Shown here: positions 10,748 to 21,150 of the stretch, piece by piece
How the letters are laid out: each line of letters starts with the position of its first letter
How positions within the stretch are numbered: position 1 is the first letter of the stretch
IMG/VR virus record: IMGVR_UViG_3300042396_000450
Coordinates: 47,624-111,623 of that record
DNA length: 64,000 bases
DNA from: a virus
Strand: one strand, 5' to 3'
The notes under the pieces: generated by a model
The model's database searches: none
The model's input: the letters and a program-made list of their open reading frames with translations, nothing else
What the model was told of the DNA's origin: nothing
Program-made: the position numbers and the translations under genes

Positions 10748-11722
10748 TTAATATCCTCCTACCACTGTAATATCACCACGTAATGTTGGATGATGTTGAT
10801 AATCATTAATTACAAAGTCATCAATAACGAAGTCTTGCAAATACCGTTGACCTCTATCTCTAATAGTTAAAGTAGGTAACGTATAGGGAACTCTAGTTAA
10901 TTGCTCATTAACTTGTTCAACATGGTCACTATAGATGTGATGATCAGCAGTTGCAATAACTAACTCACCTGGTTCATATCCAGTACATTTAGCATACATA
11001 GATAGAAGTAGTGCATACTGAGCGATGTTATACGCGCCACCGAGGAATAAATCCCAACTGCGTAGGTATAACATTATACTTAACTTACCATTACTTACAT
11101 TGACTGAGTAGTGAGTATGACAAGCTGGAAGTATTACTGATTCATTACCACATTTATAAGCCATTGAATAAACAGTAGTTGGATTCCAATAACTTACAAG
11201 AAAAGACTTACGATCAGGTGTCTTTTTAATTCCATCAATTACAAATCTAGTTTGATCTAGTGTACTATATCTGTACTCAGAATCTATTTGGGTAGACCAA
11301 TAATGTGTATATTCCCAACTTGTACTATTACTATAATGAAGTGGAATAATTTCGCTAGTAATAACACCATCATCAACTAACTGTTGCCATTGTTTGGTTA
11401 ACTCAACTGTATTATCAGCAGTTAACTTAACACCTTTATTACGCCAATACTGTTTAGCACCCCATTCATCCCAGATAGTACACTTAACATTATGTAACTT
11501 AACTACATCATTGCTACCATCTATAAACCACAACATCTCATTGAATGCTGATTTATAAAATGTACGTTTAGTAGTTAATAGTGGAAATCCATCTGATAGA
11601 TTAAATCTAACTAAACCACCAAATCTACTAATAATATATTTGTCATCATGACCATATATATTTTTTCTTACGCCATTATCAATTACATCTTGTAGCAGGT
11701 TCAAAAATTGTTGTTCTGACAT
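10748..11722 (-). CDS. thyA: Thymidylate synthase
   Basis: FPLLTTK, EMLWF, IWDEW, LPACH, RSWDLFLG..YN, DHHIYSDH. Confidence 0.95.
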   Translation of the reverse strand: MSEQQFLNLLQDVIDNGVRKNIYGHDDKYIISRFGGLVRFNLSDGFPLLTTKRTFYKSAFNEMLWFIDGSNDVVKLHNVKCTIWDEWGAKQYWRNKGVKLTADNTVELTKQWQQLVDDGVITSEIIPLHYSNSTSWEYTHYWSTQIDSEYRYSTLDQTRFVIDGIKKTPDRKSFLVSYWNPTTVYSMAYKCGNESVILPACHTHYSVNVSNGKLSIMLYLRSWDLFLGGAYNIAQYALLLSMYAKCTGYEPGELVIATADHHIYSDHVEQVNEQLTRVPYTLPTLTIRDRGQRYLQDFVIDDFVINDYQHHPTLRGDITVVGGY

Positions 11723-12018
11723 AATCCAGCTTTCCTTACTTGAATATTATTGTTAATTAAATACTGTAATCCTTCTAACTTAGAGTGTTCATTGAAGTAA
11801 ACAACTCTTCTAATACCTTTATTTACAATTTCTCTAGCACAGTAAATACATGGAGAATAACTAATAAATAAATCATCTCCTGGTGTAGCTAATTGTAATC
11901 CTATTTCTTCAGCATGATAATATTGACATCCAATAACTTCATTAATTGCTTTCATTAAAAACAACTTATGATTATCATGTAATACATCAAATCCACCACC
12001 TGTTATAAGTGTAACCAT
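11701..12018 (-). CDS. Short dCMP/cytidine deaminase-like protein with a cytidylyltransferase-like N-terminus
   Basis: HAEE and SPCIYC...GIRRVVY deaminase motifs; N-terminal GGGFDVLHDNH resembles the HxGH motif. Confidence 0.6.
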   Translation of the reverse strand: MVTLITGGGFDVLHDNHKLFLMKAINEVIGCQYYHAEEIGLQLATPGDDLFISYSPCIYCAREIVNKGIRRVVYFNEHSKLEGLQYLINNNIQVRKAGLCQNNNF

Positions 12019-12032
12019 ACTAACTCCTAAAT

Positions 12033-12061
12033 AAAAGTGTTAGTTAATATTAACTAACACT
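12033..12061 (-). terminator. Intrinsic terminator-like hairpin
   Basis: agtgttagttaa/ttaactaacact inverted repeat followed by a U-run on the minus strand. Confidence 0.55.
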
Positions 12062-12068
12062 AAATATC

Positions 12069-12728
12069 TTATTTAATTAACTCTTGAAAGTCTACACTAT
12101 CCCAGATTAATCTAGTAGTACCATAATAATAATCATAGTTATTACTATAGTAGTTAAACATCTTATTTAATAACTCACTATCTAACTCAGTTAAACCTAA
12201 CTTAGTTAACGTAGAACGACATAACTTAGTTGCTCTAGTTACATCTTTCTGATCATCTACAATTACTTCTACTTCACATAATCCACCGTAACCTGCATTA
12301 ATATCAACACAGATATTAAACTTATCAGTCTTATATTCACGTCTACATCTACTCCATTTAGATTGATATGTTAAACCTAGACTTAATAGTATGTTATCTA
12401 ACTCATGTAATGATTCACCTCTAATTAGTTCTTTCTCTACACGAACTACACCATTATCAGCATCTTCAGTATTGTATTTGAAAATTAATAGTGTACCACC
12501 TTTATCGTCATATCTAGTTCTAATAGCTAACTTAGATGTAGTTAGTAATTCATTCTTAAATGACAGATTTAGTTTATCTGCTAATTTAACAAGACTCTCC
12601 TCTGTGTAAGAAAAATAGTGGTTAAGTTGATTGCTATCTACAATATCTACATTTGGATATAACGTAATGATGCGAGATTTAAGATCATCAACATCACTAA
12701 CTAATGCTTTAACTTCTACTTCAATCAT
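12069..12728 (-). CDS. CYTH (triphosphate tunnel metalloenzyme) domain protein
   Basis: N-terminal EVEVK, QLNHYF, IRTR, RREY, CEVE. Confidence 0.8.
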   Translation of the reverse strand: MIEVEVKALVSDVDDLKSRIITLYPNVDIVDSNQLNHYFSYTEESLVKLADKLNLSFKNELLTTSKLAIRTRYDDKGGTLLIFKYNTEDADNGVVRVEKELIRGESLHELDNILLSLGLTYQSKWSRCRREYKTDKFNICVDINAGYGGLCEVEVIVDDQKDVTRATKLCRSTLTKLGLTELDSELLNKMFNYYSNNYDYYYGTTRLIWDSVDFQELIK

Positions 12729-12731
12729 TTA

Positions 12732-13259
12732 TCAATTACCTATTACTTGTACTAAACCGCGATAACTTTGACGTGCATCATTAAGTGCATTATGAATTGG
12801 TAACTCATTCTCTAATCGCTCATAATAATCAGGTAAATTACGAGCTAATCTAAATGAAGTTACATCTAATAATGGATATGGTGAAAATTCCATTATTGAG
12901 TCAAATTCAACCCATGTTTCCAGTGCTAATGTAATGAAGTTAGTTTCAACTGGAAATGGAACATCTGCAAATAACTTAATGTTAGGATATCTCTTATTTA
13001 AATCAATCCAATCATAGATAAAATCCCTAGTTAATTCTTCACTATTAGATTCACCTAGATGTGGTGTTACATTAACTTCAATCCAATCTACATCTTTTTT
13101 CTTACCTACACGTTTAGCATACTTATAATTAGCTTCAGAATACTTGTATATTTCCTCAATTACATTACCATTACTATCTCCAATTACAATACCATAACTG
13201 AAGGCATCACCATATAAACCCATTGATTCAACATCTAATACCGCAACAATGTAACTCAT
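12732..13259 (-). CDS. DEDDh 3'-5' exonuclease
   Basis: LDVES and HNALNDAR motifs. Confidence 0.8.
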   Translation of the reverse strand: MSYIVAVLDVESMGLYGDAFSYGIVIGDSNGNVIEEIYKYSEANYKYAKRVGKKKDVDWIEVNVTPHLGESNSEELTRDFIYDWIDLNKRYPNIKLFADVPFPVETNFITLALETWVEFDSIMEFSPYPLLDVTSFRLARNLPDYYERLENELPIHNALNDARQSYRGLVQVIGN

Positions 13260-13496
13260 GTTTATTTACCTATGTTAGCTCTTAATTGTTTACATTGCTT
13301 AGTGTAATAGTTATCTGGAAATACACAATCTTCTAATTTAAGATTAACTGTATTAACTCTAACTCGACTAAACGTTAATGTAGTAACTACACCTAATATA
13401 AATAAGATAACTAATAATAAGTTATTAGGTGTAGTAGGTTTATTAATACTAAGCTTCTTAATAAACTTAAATGTAGATTCTAAATCATCATCTATT

Positions 13497-14060
13497 TTAC
13501 TCATACAAGTCCTCCACTATTTTTCTTACCTTATCACGTAATTCCTCTATTGTACCACTATTATCAATATAATATTGAGTTGGTACGAATGACCAATCAT
13601 CTAATTTAATGTCCAGGTCAGTTGATTTAGTTTCACCTCTCCCATCTATGTGAAGTAACACTAACTCATAATCTAGTAACTTCAATAACTCTAACTCCGT
13701 TTGGTTGCGACAATCAACTATAGCTACATTACCTATAATAGAGTTAATGACATTCTTAGTTGCACCAGGAACTAGATAGTTACCACCTGGATAGAGTGAC
13801 TTAAATACATGAAAGAAGTTGTACATTAAATCATTGTAGGTAAATGATTCTAAGTTACCTGTAACTGGATTAACTACAGGTTTAACTCTAAACTCCTTAT
13901 CATCTAAACTACCTCTATCTAAACCTAACCAATCTTCTAATGGTGTTTTAAATGCACGACTAAACTTAACTATAGTTAGAGGAACTAATTCACTCAGTAG
14001 TTCAGCTACTGTATCCTTACCTGCATCAGACTTATCAGACCAAACTATAAATAACTTCAT
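13497..14060 (-). CDS. Deoxynucleoside monophosphate kinase-like protein
   Basis: AGKDTVA, KFSRAFK, IVDCRNQTE, IDNSGTIEEL. Confidence 0.75.
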   Translation of the reverse strand: MKLFIVWSDKSDAGKDTVAELLSELVPLTIVKFSRAFKTPLEDWLGLDRGSLDDKEFRVKPVVNPVTGNLESFTYNDLMYNFFHVFKSLYPGGNYLVPGATKNVINSIIGNVAIVDCRNQTELELLKLLDYELVLLHIDGRGETKSTDLDIKLDDWSFVPTQYYIDNSGTIEELRDKVRKIVEDLYE

Positions 14061-14061
14061 T

Positions 14062-15147
14062 ATGCCAACTTTATTAGGACGTATTTTAATTAATCGTCAA
14101 TTACCAAGCAAAGGTCAATTACTACAGGCTACAGCAAACAGAGCTAAATCTTTCATTAAAAATCCAATTAATACATTAAAAGAGGGATTAAATACTCATA
14201 AAACTGCTAATAATATCGCAAATAATCAAAGCACTATTATTGGTAGAACTTTAATCAATCGTCAATTACCCGGTAAACGTGAGATACTTCAATCTGCGGG
14301 TAATGCAATTAAATCCGTTGTTAAAAATCCAATTCAAGCAGTTAAATCTGGATTAGCTAGAGATAAATTAGCTGTTCAAAAATGGGGATATCATACTGGA
14401 CAAACTCGCGGACAAACAGCTATTAACCTTGGTAAACATATAGCTAGTGGAGTTTATAAAGGTGGAGGTAAGGATATGCTAGTTAATACTGGTGGATTAA
14501 TTGGCAGTATTAAGGGTGCAGCAATCGGCGGTAAAATAGGTTCACTAGCTGGAGATTGGGCTGGTGCAGCTACAGCACGTAAAGGGTTAGACGATCTTGA
14601 AGCTACTCGTAACGCATTTAAGATTCGCAATAACCCTAACTTTCAGAAACAACCACTTAACGTTAAAGCTCGCATACTAGCTAAACGCGCATCTGGTTAT
14701 GCTAAGGCGAATAAGAAGGGATTTAATAGCGAACTTAAACAAGATACTATTGGTTGGGGTATTGGTAATAGTACTGCTGGTGCACTAGCTAATGTTGCAC
14801 CAGCAGTACCATTTAAAGGTGCAGCAGTAGCAATGAAAACAACTAAACCTGTATATAAGGGTTTTCGTGTTGCTAAGAGAATAGCTACTACTAATACACC
14901 TAAGATTGGTAGAGTTAAAGCTCTACGTACTGGCATTACTAAGGGTGCTACATCTACTGGTAGAACTCTTCGACGTAATCTAAATCCTGCTAGAGCAGTT
15001 AAAACAGGACTTAATAGAGAGAAGACTATGTATAACAGTGTTAATAATAGTCTATCTAAATTACCTCGTGTTCCAGCAGGAGTTAGTTTCAATAACTCTT
15101 ATTTATTATGTGACTTTAATGTATCTACTATTAAATATAGGAGATAG
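14062..15147 (+). CDS. Highly basic Lys/Arg/Gly/Ala-rich protein with an N-terminal duplication; possible virion or DNA-binding protein
   Basis: 361 aa with very few acidic residues; GR[IT]LINRQLP.K...LQ...N..KS..KNPI occurs twice; opposite strand to neighbours. Confidence 0.6.
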   Translation: MPTLLGRILINRQLPSKGQLLQATANRAKSFIKNPINTLKEGLNTHKTANNIANNQSTIIGRTLINRQLPGKREILQSAGNAIKSVVKNPIQAVKSGLARDKLAVQKWGYHTGQTRGQTAINLGKHIASGVYKGGGKDMLVNTGGLIGSIKGAAIGGKIGSLAGDWAGAATARKGLDDLEATRNAFKIRNNPNFQKQPLNVKARILAKRASGYAKANKKGFNSELKQDTIGWGIGNSTAGALANVAPAVPFKGAAVAMKTTKPVYKGFRVAKRIATTNTPKIGRVKALRTGITKGATSTGRTLRRNLNPARAVKTGLNREKTMYNSVNNSLSKLPRVPAGVSFNNSYLLCDFNVSTIKYRR

Positions 15148-15407
15148 ATGATGATAGGTGCTGCAATTAAAAACGTTAATATTACTGCAACACTATCACT
15201 ACCTGGAATGTCATTAAAAAATAACTCAATTAGTTGTCGTCGCATGGGAACACATCCTTACAATAAGTCCAATTAAGTACATTTTGTTCAATAACTTCTA
15301 AATCAGAGTCTATCCATCTGTAATCTATATATTTAGCTAATAGATATATTTTCTTACCGCTTTCATATTCTATTTGAACTAAACATTCATCAGTTGTATC
15401 AGGTAAC

Positions 15408-16001
15408 TTATTCATCTTGCACTAATCCTCTCTTAATTCCTTCAGTAATACAATACTCAGTTATATAGCTGTATTCAGGTAACATCTCATCAATGTACAC
15501 AGCTATCTTATTTCTAATTGATGAAGCACTAACTTGTTTCCACATCGGTGGAGCAGTACCATTAACTAGATGAGAATAGACCAGCATACTACCAGCTAAT
15601 TTATCAATAGCTTTAGCATACTTAGCTTCAATAGTTAACTGGTTCTTAAATTCATACCATAGATTAGAATACTCAGCTATGAGAGATGATTCAAGGTAAG
15701 AAAAAAGGTTGAGTGCCGCCAATTCCTCTTGAGTATCGTGTTCATCAGTATGGTCATCAAAGTTTACATCACCCGCATTTATTTCACCTAGATCGTGTAC
15801 TAGACATAACTTAATGATGTGCAGTAGTTGATCATTAGTTACTCGGTCATCTAGCATAGTTACACACATCATAACCATAGTAAACGTATGTTCAGCTACA
15901 TTCTCACGTCTACTACCAGTTACATTCATTATCTGACGTACTGTATCTACTGATGCGGCGGATTTGAGGATGAAGTCAATTGTCATAAGTTCCTTTAACA
16001 T
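15408..16001 (-). CDS. HD-domain phosphohydrolase (YfbR/HDDC2-like 5'-deoxynucleotidase)
   Basis: ENVAEHTF, LVHDLGEINAGD, EAKYAKAIDKL. Confidence 0.85.
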   Translation of the reverse strand: MLKELMTIDFILKSAASVDTVRQIMNVTGSRRENVAEHTFTMVMMCVTMLDDRVTNDQLLHIIKLCLVHDLGEINAGDVNFDDHTDEHDTQEELAALNLFSYLESSLIAEYSNLWYEFKNQLTIEAKYAKAIDKLAGSMLVYSHLVNGTAPPMWKQVSASSIRNKIAVYIDEMLPEYSYITEYCITEGIKRGLVQDE

Positions 16002-16004
16002 TAC

Positions 16005-16034
16005 TTGTTATTTCTAACTATTTATGTTTATAAT
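16005..16034 (+). promoter_or_regulatory. Possible sigma70-type promoter for 16088..16939
   Basis: TTGTTA-N18-TATAAT in the divergent intergenic region. Confidence 0.35.
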
Positions 16035-16087
16035 GAAAAAGACAGCGAGTAAACTGTCTTATCATTTATATATTGAGTTGATTAACT

Positions 16088-16939
16088 ATGGACATTGTAA
16101 CACCTGTTAAGTCTGATAATGGAATTACCTTTTATATTTCCAATGATGGTAAACAAACAGGAATTAGCATATCAGGATTAGAACGGTTACTAGGGTTAAG
16201 TGAAAAGGGGAGTTTATTTTCTGGTAAGAATAAATTAATGGAAGATTGTCAAAATGGGACTCCCCGCGAAACAATACCAGAATCTCTACAACCTATATGG
16301 GGTAAGGTTTTCAACACCTCCGCGCTAGGATCTGATAATGCAATGATTATCACTGAAGAAGCTGCTGTAACAATTATTAGTTATTACGCAATTGAACGTA
16401 AAAATATAACAGCTACTAAGTCATTATTTCTTTTTGCTAAACAAGGTTTTAATTGTTGGGTTAAAGAAATTACACATTTTACAGTAGAAGAACAAGACAA
16501 TGAGATATTGCGTACTTTACGCAAACTAGATCAAAATTTAGAAATAGTTAAAACTAAAGTAGAAAAACTAGAACGTCTTGATGGTATTACTGTAACTTTA
16601 TATCCAGGAGCTAAACATATTAATGATGGATTAGCATCAACTAATCAATTAATGCTAATAGATGATTGTCTTTATTCTGGTAAAGATTGGTTAACATCTA
16701 AAGGTGTTAAATTAACTAGAGGTGGTTATATTAGCTTTGGACATCTAGTAGCTCAAACCTATAAAACATTAACAGGTAAAAATCCTCAAATTAAATATGT
16801 TACTAAACCTCGCAAAAATAAACCTAATAAAACAGTTAAAGTTAAAGAAGGTTGGGGTTATCGTAATATTGACTTCTATATAATGGAAGCAGCTTATGAG
16901 AAGTTTAAAGATAAGATGTTTCCTAATATAGAAGATTAA
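16088..16939 (+). CDS. Antirepressor-like DNA-binding protein (shared C-terminal domain family)
   Basis: N-terminal GISISGLERLLG HTH-like segment, coiled coil, and C-terminal YPG...DWL...G domain shared with three paralogs. Confidence 0.65.
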   Translation: MDIVTPVKSDNGITFYISNDGKQTGISISGLERLLGLSEKGSLFSGKNKLMEDCQNGTPRETIPESLQPIWGKVFNTSALGSDNAMIITEEAAVTIISYYAIERKNITATKSLFLFAKQGFNCWVKEITHFTVEEQDNEILRTLRKLDQNLEIVKTKVEKLERLDGITVTLYPGAKHINDGLASTNQLMLIDDCLYSGKDWLTSKGVKLTRGGYISFGHLVAQTYKTLTGKNPQIKYVTKPRKNKPNKTVKVKEGWGYRNIDFYIMEAAYEKFKDKMFPNIED

Positions 16940-16949
16940 ATAACTTATT

Positions 16950-16976
16950 AAGAGGTGTTAATTACACCTCTTTTTT
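16950..16976 (+). terminator. Intrinsic terminator between convergent genes
   Basis: aagaggtgt-taatt-acacctctt followed by a T-run. Confidence 0.75.
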
Positions 16977-16980
16977 ATTG

Positions 16981-17649
16981 TTAGTTATTAAATAAGTAAA
17001 CACATCTATCAGTACCAATCGCAACTTCTAGAACTTTATTATCTTCATAATCAGTTCTATTAGATATTGAACATATCTCCATGTTAGTTGCCGCATGAAT
17101 TACATCAACTGTTCTAGTTGAATAACTTGGTAATCTATCACTATCTTCAGTTCTAGTTTCACCAAGTAACTTAGTTAATATACGTTGTATTGATGGTATA
17201 ACTAACGTTGAATAATCCATCTTAGTATTAGATGAATAGATAATTTGAAACTCAAGTTGATAGAACTCTTTAAGTCTCATATTACTAACTGTTTTATCTT
17301 GTTCAATTCTAAATGACTTACCATGTTGCCATACAACTAGAGGTAATCTAACCTTACGTTTATTATGTGGATTTAATAAGTGTTCTGCATAGACATAACT
17401 ACCCATTGTAGTTTCTGGACGTAGAGTTAAGTCATCTAATTGAAATACATCATCGCTAGTATAGTTAGCGTTAATTAAATTAGATGGAGTTAATAATGGT
17501 GCTTCAACTTGAATTAACTCAAATGCACTATTGGCGGATTTAAGTGTTGTAGTTAACTCACTTACAATTAGATTTTTAATACTATCGCGTAATAGTATCT
17601 CTTCTTGTGACCAGAACATTAAACCATTGACATTATATAGATTCTGCAT
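16981..17649 (-). CDS. Minimal glycyl-tRNA synthetase-like class II aaRS catalytic domain
   Basis: LRPETT, WQHGKSFRIE, MRLKEFYQLEFQ, EICSISNRTD, LEVAIGTDR; 222 aa with no anticodon-binding domain. Confidence 0.8.
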   Translation of the reverse strand: MQNLYNVNGLMFWSQEEILLRDSIKNLIVSELTTTLKSANSAFELIQVEAPLLTPSNLINANYTSDDVFQLDDLTLRPETTMGSYVYAEHLLNPHNKRKVRLPLVVWQHGKSFRIEQDKTVSNMRLKEFYQLEFQIIYSSNTKMDYSTLVIPSIQRILTKLLGETRTEDSDRLPSYSTRTVDVIHAATNMEICSISNRTDYEDNKVLEVAIGTDRCVYLFNN

Positions 17650-18086
17650 ATTAATTCTGTATTAACTCTACTAACTGATGGAAATAACTAACACATTCAT
17701 CTAGTCCCGCACTATGACCTAACTCATAACACTTACCCCACAGTTGACGTGATTTAGTGTCATCTTCTAATCCATATTGAGTTAGTAATTCAATATAAGC
17801 TAACTTTTCTTTATCAATTAATGTAGGTATATTAAGTTCGCGCATTTCAAATACACTAGTTTTTCTTACCTGTTTATCTTTATCAAATAACCATTCAACA
17901 CGAACAAACTCTTTATCTGCTATTAATACATCTGCTTCTACAACATTGTATTTTTCATAGCGAGTAATCTGTTCAGCGTTCAATTCAATTTGATATAGTT
18001 TACCTTCGTATTCAAATGTTAAGTTCATATAATTCTCCAATTGTGTAAGGTGGCAACAACTATTATGTTATTAACCACCTGATTGT

Positions 18087-18740
18087 TTATTTGACTATTT
18101 GACCTTGCCAGTATTCTTGACTATCGTAATCACCAGATAACAGTGATTCCATTCTAGTAGTTAACCAGATAAATGTAGATAATCTATTAAGGAAACCGCT
18201 GTAAGCGTTAATTGCAATAATAACTTGTTGTGCATGAATTGGATCATCAACTAACAACTCCATTAAATTATTAACTACTAACTCATGATTACGCCACGTA
18301 GTGAATGCACGTTCTACATCACGTATTCTAATTCTAATTGCATCTAACTTAATGTATTTAATCTTATTGTGAATAATGAAATCAGATGCTTCTCCTATTT
18401 GTTTATCTAACTTAAGTTCATTAACTAACGATTCTAATTCATCATTAAATTCAATAGATAAGTTGTGTTTAGTAGAATCACCTTTCATAAAACAGAAACT
18501 ACTAATACTAAAGCTATTAACTTTAAGCCAGTTGAGTTGTTCAAGTAGCTTATTGTATTTAATATCAAAGGTATTTAATACTTCAGTTATTAAATTATTA
18601 AGATGTTCAATTTCACTGTAGATTAAACAACTTGGATCATCTTTACGAACAATATGACCATTCATTAAAGGAGATAAACCACGATCTCCATGTCCGTTTT
18701 TATATGTGGCAGTTATACGTTTATTCATCTTATCGGACAA
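18087..18740 (-). CDS. PduO-type cob(I)alamin adenosyltransferase-like protein
   Basis: GDRGLSPLMNGHIVRKDD, RIRIRDVER and FLNRLSTFIW match the PduO motifs GDxG..L..G..V.KD, R...RRAER and YLNRLSD. Confidence 0.7.
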   Translation of the reverse strand: MSDKMNKRITATYKNGHGDRGLSPLMNGHIVRKDDPSCLIYSEIEHLNNLITEVLNTFDIKYNKLLEQLNWLKVNSFSISSFCFMKGDSTKHNLSIEFNDELESLVNELKLDKQIGEASDFIIHNKIKYIKLDAIRIRIRDVERAFTTWRNHELVVNNLMELLVDDPIHAQQVIIAINAYSGFLNRLSTFIWLTTRMESLLSGDYDSQEYWQGQIVK

Positions 18741-20929
18741 GCTCCTGTTGAACAGCTACTATCTAACGATTGTTCTTCATACTTATTCTCAATTTTAGCT
18801 AATATTTCGATTAACTCTGTTTCAGTTAACTTAACATTAAATAGATTGTGATATTCGTATTCTGTAATTGGTTCATACGGCATTAATGGATATGATGCTT
18901 TACCATCGCTAATTGGATCAAATCTAGGTAGAAATGAAACACCTATAATGTCATTCCAATTATCATTTATCCAATTTGCGGCAATATCATATTCATCTGG
19001 AGCTAATGTAATAGTAGCTGATATGTTATGACCTCTATCAGCATAATTAACTTGAGCTAACTTATATCGTTCTAATTGATCTATGGCAGATTCATCAATA
19101 GCTCTAATTGTGGTATTAGTTTTAATTGGGAATGTAAAAACCCAAGTAGTACATTCACTGGCAAATAAACTATCACCTTGATTGTTTTCAGGAACTGGAG
19201 TTAATCCTAGATTTAATAATACTCTAGCTAGTGGATCTGTTTTACTAAATCTAACTCGACGTAAGTAATAAGGTGAATATGCTCTATGAATACCCGATGA
19301 AACAGTAGGTAATTGACTAATAGTACCTTCAGGTTTCATTAACGTAACTCTAGTGCTTCTATTAATACCAAGATAATTATGATATTCATTTGCAGCATTA
19401 ATAGCTATTAGTTTAACCCATTTAAAATAGTATTCTTGTTGTTCTGTATCCCATTCTAGTAGATCAAAAGCATCCATTAAACCAGTCATAGATACACCAA
19501 GTAATCTATCTCTCTTCTGAAGTTCATCCCATCTTGGATGCCACTGTGTAGCAGTAGTTTGACGTGAACCAATTCTAGTAATAAGTTCAATTGTTTTCTT
19601 ACCTAATTCCCAATTATATTCCCATTTCTTAGTTTTCTTATTAAAATATACGTGAGCTTTAACGTTCTTAGTTGTGAGATTACATGACTGTCCATCGTCT
19701 AAACCCGCTTCGGCACAAGGATTTGTTCCAGCGATAGGTGATTCTGCTAATAAGTTCGCATTACCTATAATCCAGAATCCAGGTTCTCCATTTGATTTAA
19801 TTGATGTCATTACATCTTTAATTTTATCTAATCCAGGATTCTCGTAAAACAATATAGAGTTGTTTGACATTGATCTAATAGCTCTATACTGAACTTTATC
19901 TGGATCATCATATAGGTTCAACTTAGCTGTAATAAAATTATTATCATTAGCATCACCTAATCCAATTTCAGCAGTTCTACGAACGCCACCTGACACTACG
20001 TTTAATCCAATTGAATTAGCTATATCAAGTACACCAACTGAATCTAATACACCATTACAACGTTTAATAATCATTAATATGTTATTAAACATCTCCAATA
20101 GAGCTTTATGTCCACTAGCTCTACCACCAAATGTTTTAATTAACGTTCCTTCAGGACGAATTAAATTGTAATTAAACGTAATCGTCTTAATATTAGAATA
20201 AGTTAATAAGTGTAAGAAACAACGTAGAGCATTACACCAATCTTCTTTACTATCACCAATAGTTAACTTAGCGTTAGTGTAAGTAGATAAATCTTCATTA
20301 ATAAAGTTATCATCATCATTAATAATAGATTTAGGACTTAAATAAATGTAATTAGGATTAATATCATCTTTAGTTAATACTAAATGACTTCCATCTTCAT
20401 CATCTTTTAAATAAAAGTAATCATCATGTTTAATTGTAATATCAGGATTAAACTTAGGTAATTTACTAATGTATTTATTTTCAACACTAAATCCAGTTCC
20501 TGCTCCAATTAATAACCAATAGAAGATTTCACTAAATGCACTTAAATTATCAATTACTTTAAATGTACAATTCCAACTACTACTAGGATCTTTAGTTGTT
20601 TGAGGTGTTCCCGCAGTCCATAATGATCTACCACTTGGAAACCCTCGCATATTAAACATCATCTCAAATAAAGATTCTGCTTCTTTTTTCTTACTATCAT
20701 CAGATGAAATATTATCTAATGATAATGAGTATTCAATATTACGAAGAATTGTTTCACACCATTTCTCACGTCTATTTAATTCTTTAATAAATCTACTGTA
20801 AGTGCGTAAGAAAACAGGTAATCCTAGTTCACCAAAGGGAGGTTCTAATAAAATGTATTTAGAATAAAAATCCCAAGTAATATATTGGGGCGCAATCAAA
20901 TTGTAGTAGTCTTTGGTATTAATTGTCAT
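18725..20929 (-). CDS. nrdJ: Class II (adenosylcobalamin-dependent) ribonucleotide reductase, RTPR-like
   Basis: PSGRSLW, NCTF, GAGTGF, VVSGGVRRTA, TNPCAE, CNL, KPEGTISQL, C-terminal CSTGACPIR. Confidence 0.92.
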   Translation of the reverse strand: MTINTKDYYNLIAPQYITWDFYSKYILLEPPFGELGLPVFLRTYSRFIKELNRREKWCETILRNIEYSLSLDNISSDDSKKKEAESLFEMMFNMRGFPSGRSLWTAGTPQTTKDPSSSWNCTFKVIDNLSAFSEIFYWLLIGAGTGFSVENKYISKLPKFNPDITIKHDDYFYLKDDEDGSHLVLTKDDINPNYIYLSPKSIINDDDNFINEDLSTYTNAKLTIGDSKEDWCNALRCFLHLLTYSNIKTITFNYNLIRPEGTLIKTFGGRASGHKALLEMFNNILMIIKRCNGVLDSVGVLDIANSIGLNVVSGGVRRTAEIGLGDANDNNFITAKLNLYDDPDKVQYRAIRSMSNNSILFYENPGLDKIKDVMTSIKSNGEPGFWIIGNANLLAESPIAGTNPCAEAGLDDGQSCNLTTKNVKAHVYFNKKTKKWEYNWELGKKTIELITRIGSRQTTATQWHPRWDELQKRDRLLGVSMTGLMDAFDLLEWDTEQQEYYFKWVKLIAINAANEYHNYLGINRSTRVTLMKPEGTISQLPTVSSGIHRAYSPYYLRRVRFSKTDPLARVLLNLGLTPVPENNQGDSLFASECTTWVFTFPIKTNTTIRAIDESAIDQLERYKLAQVNYADRGHNISATITLAPDEYDIAANWINDNWNDIIGVSFLPRFDPISDGKASYPLMPYEPITEYEYHNLFNVKLTETELIEILAKIENKYEEQSLDSSCSTGACPIR

Positions 20930-21150
20930 AGTTATTTAATCTTCAGTTGTTTCAATTACAATAGCTTCTTTCAATTTAATTAATTCAGCAATCAATTTAT
21001 CTTGAGATTCACATTCAATAAACTCTTCTTTCCAATTTCTTATACGTTTAATTACGAAGAAATCTTTACTAATAGCAATGATACTTATCCATCCATTAGT
21101 AATTAGTAAGTTAACTTCTTCTAGTAATTCTAATGCTTTATCTAACATGA

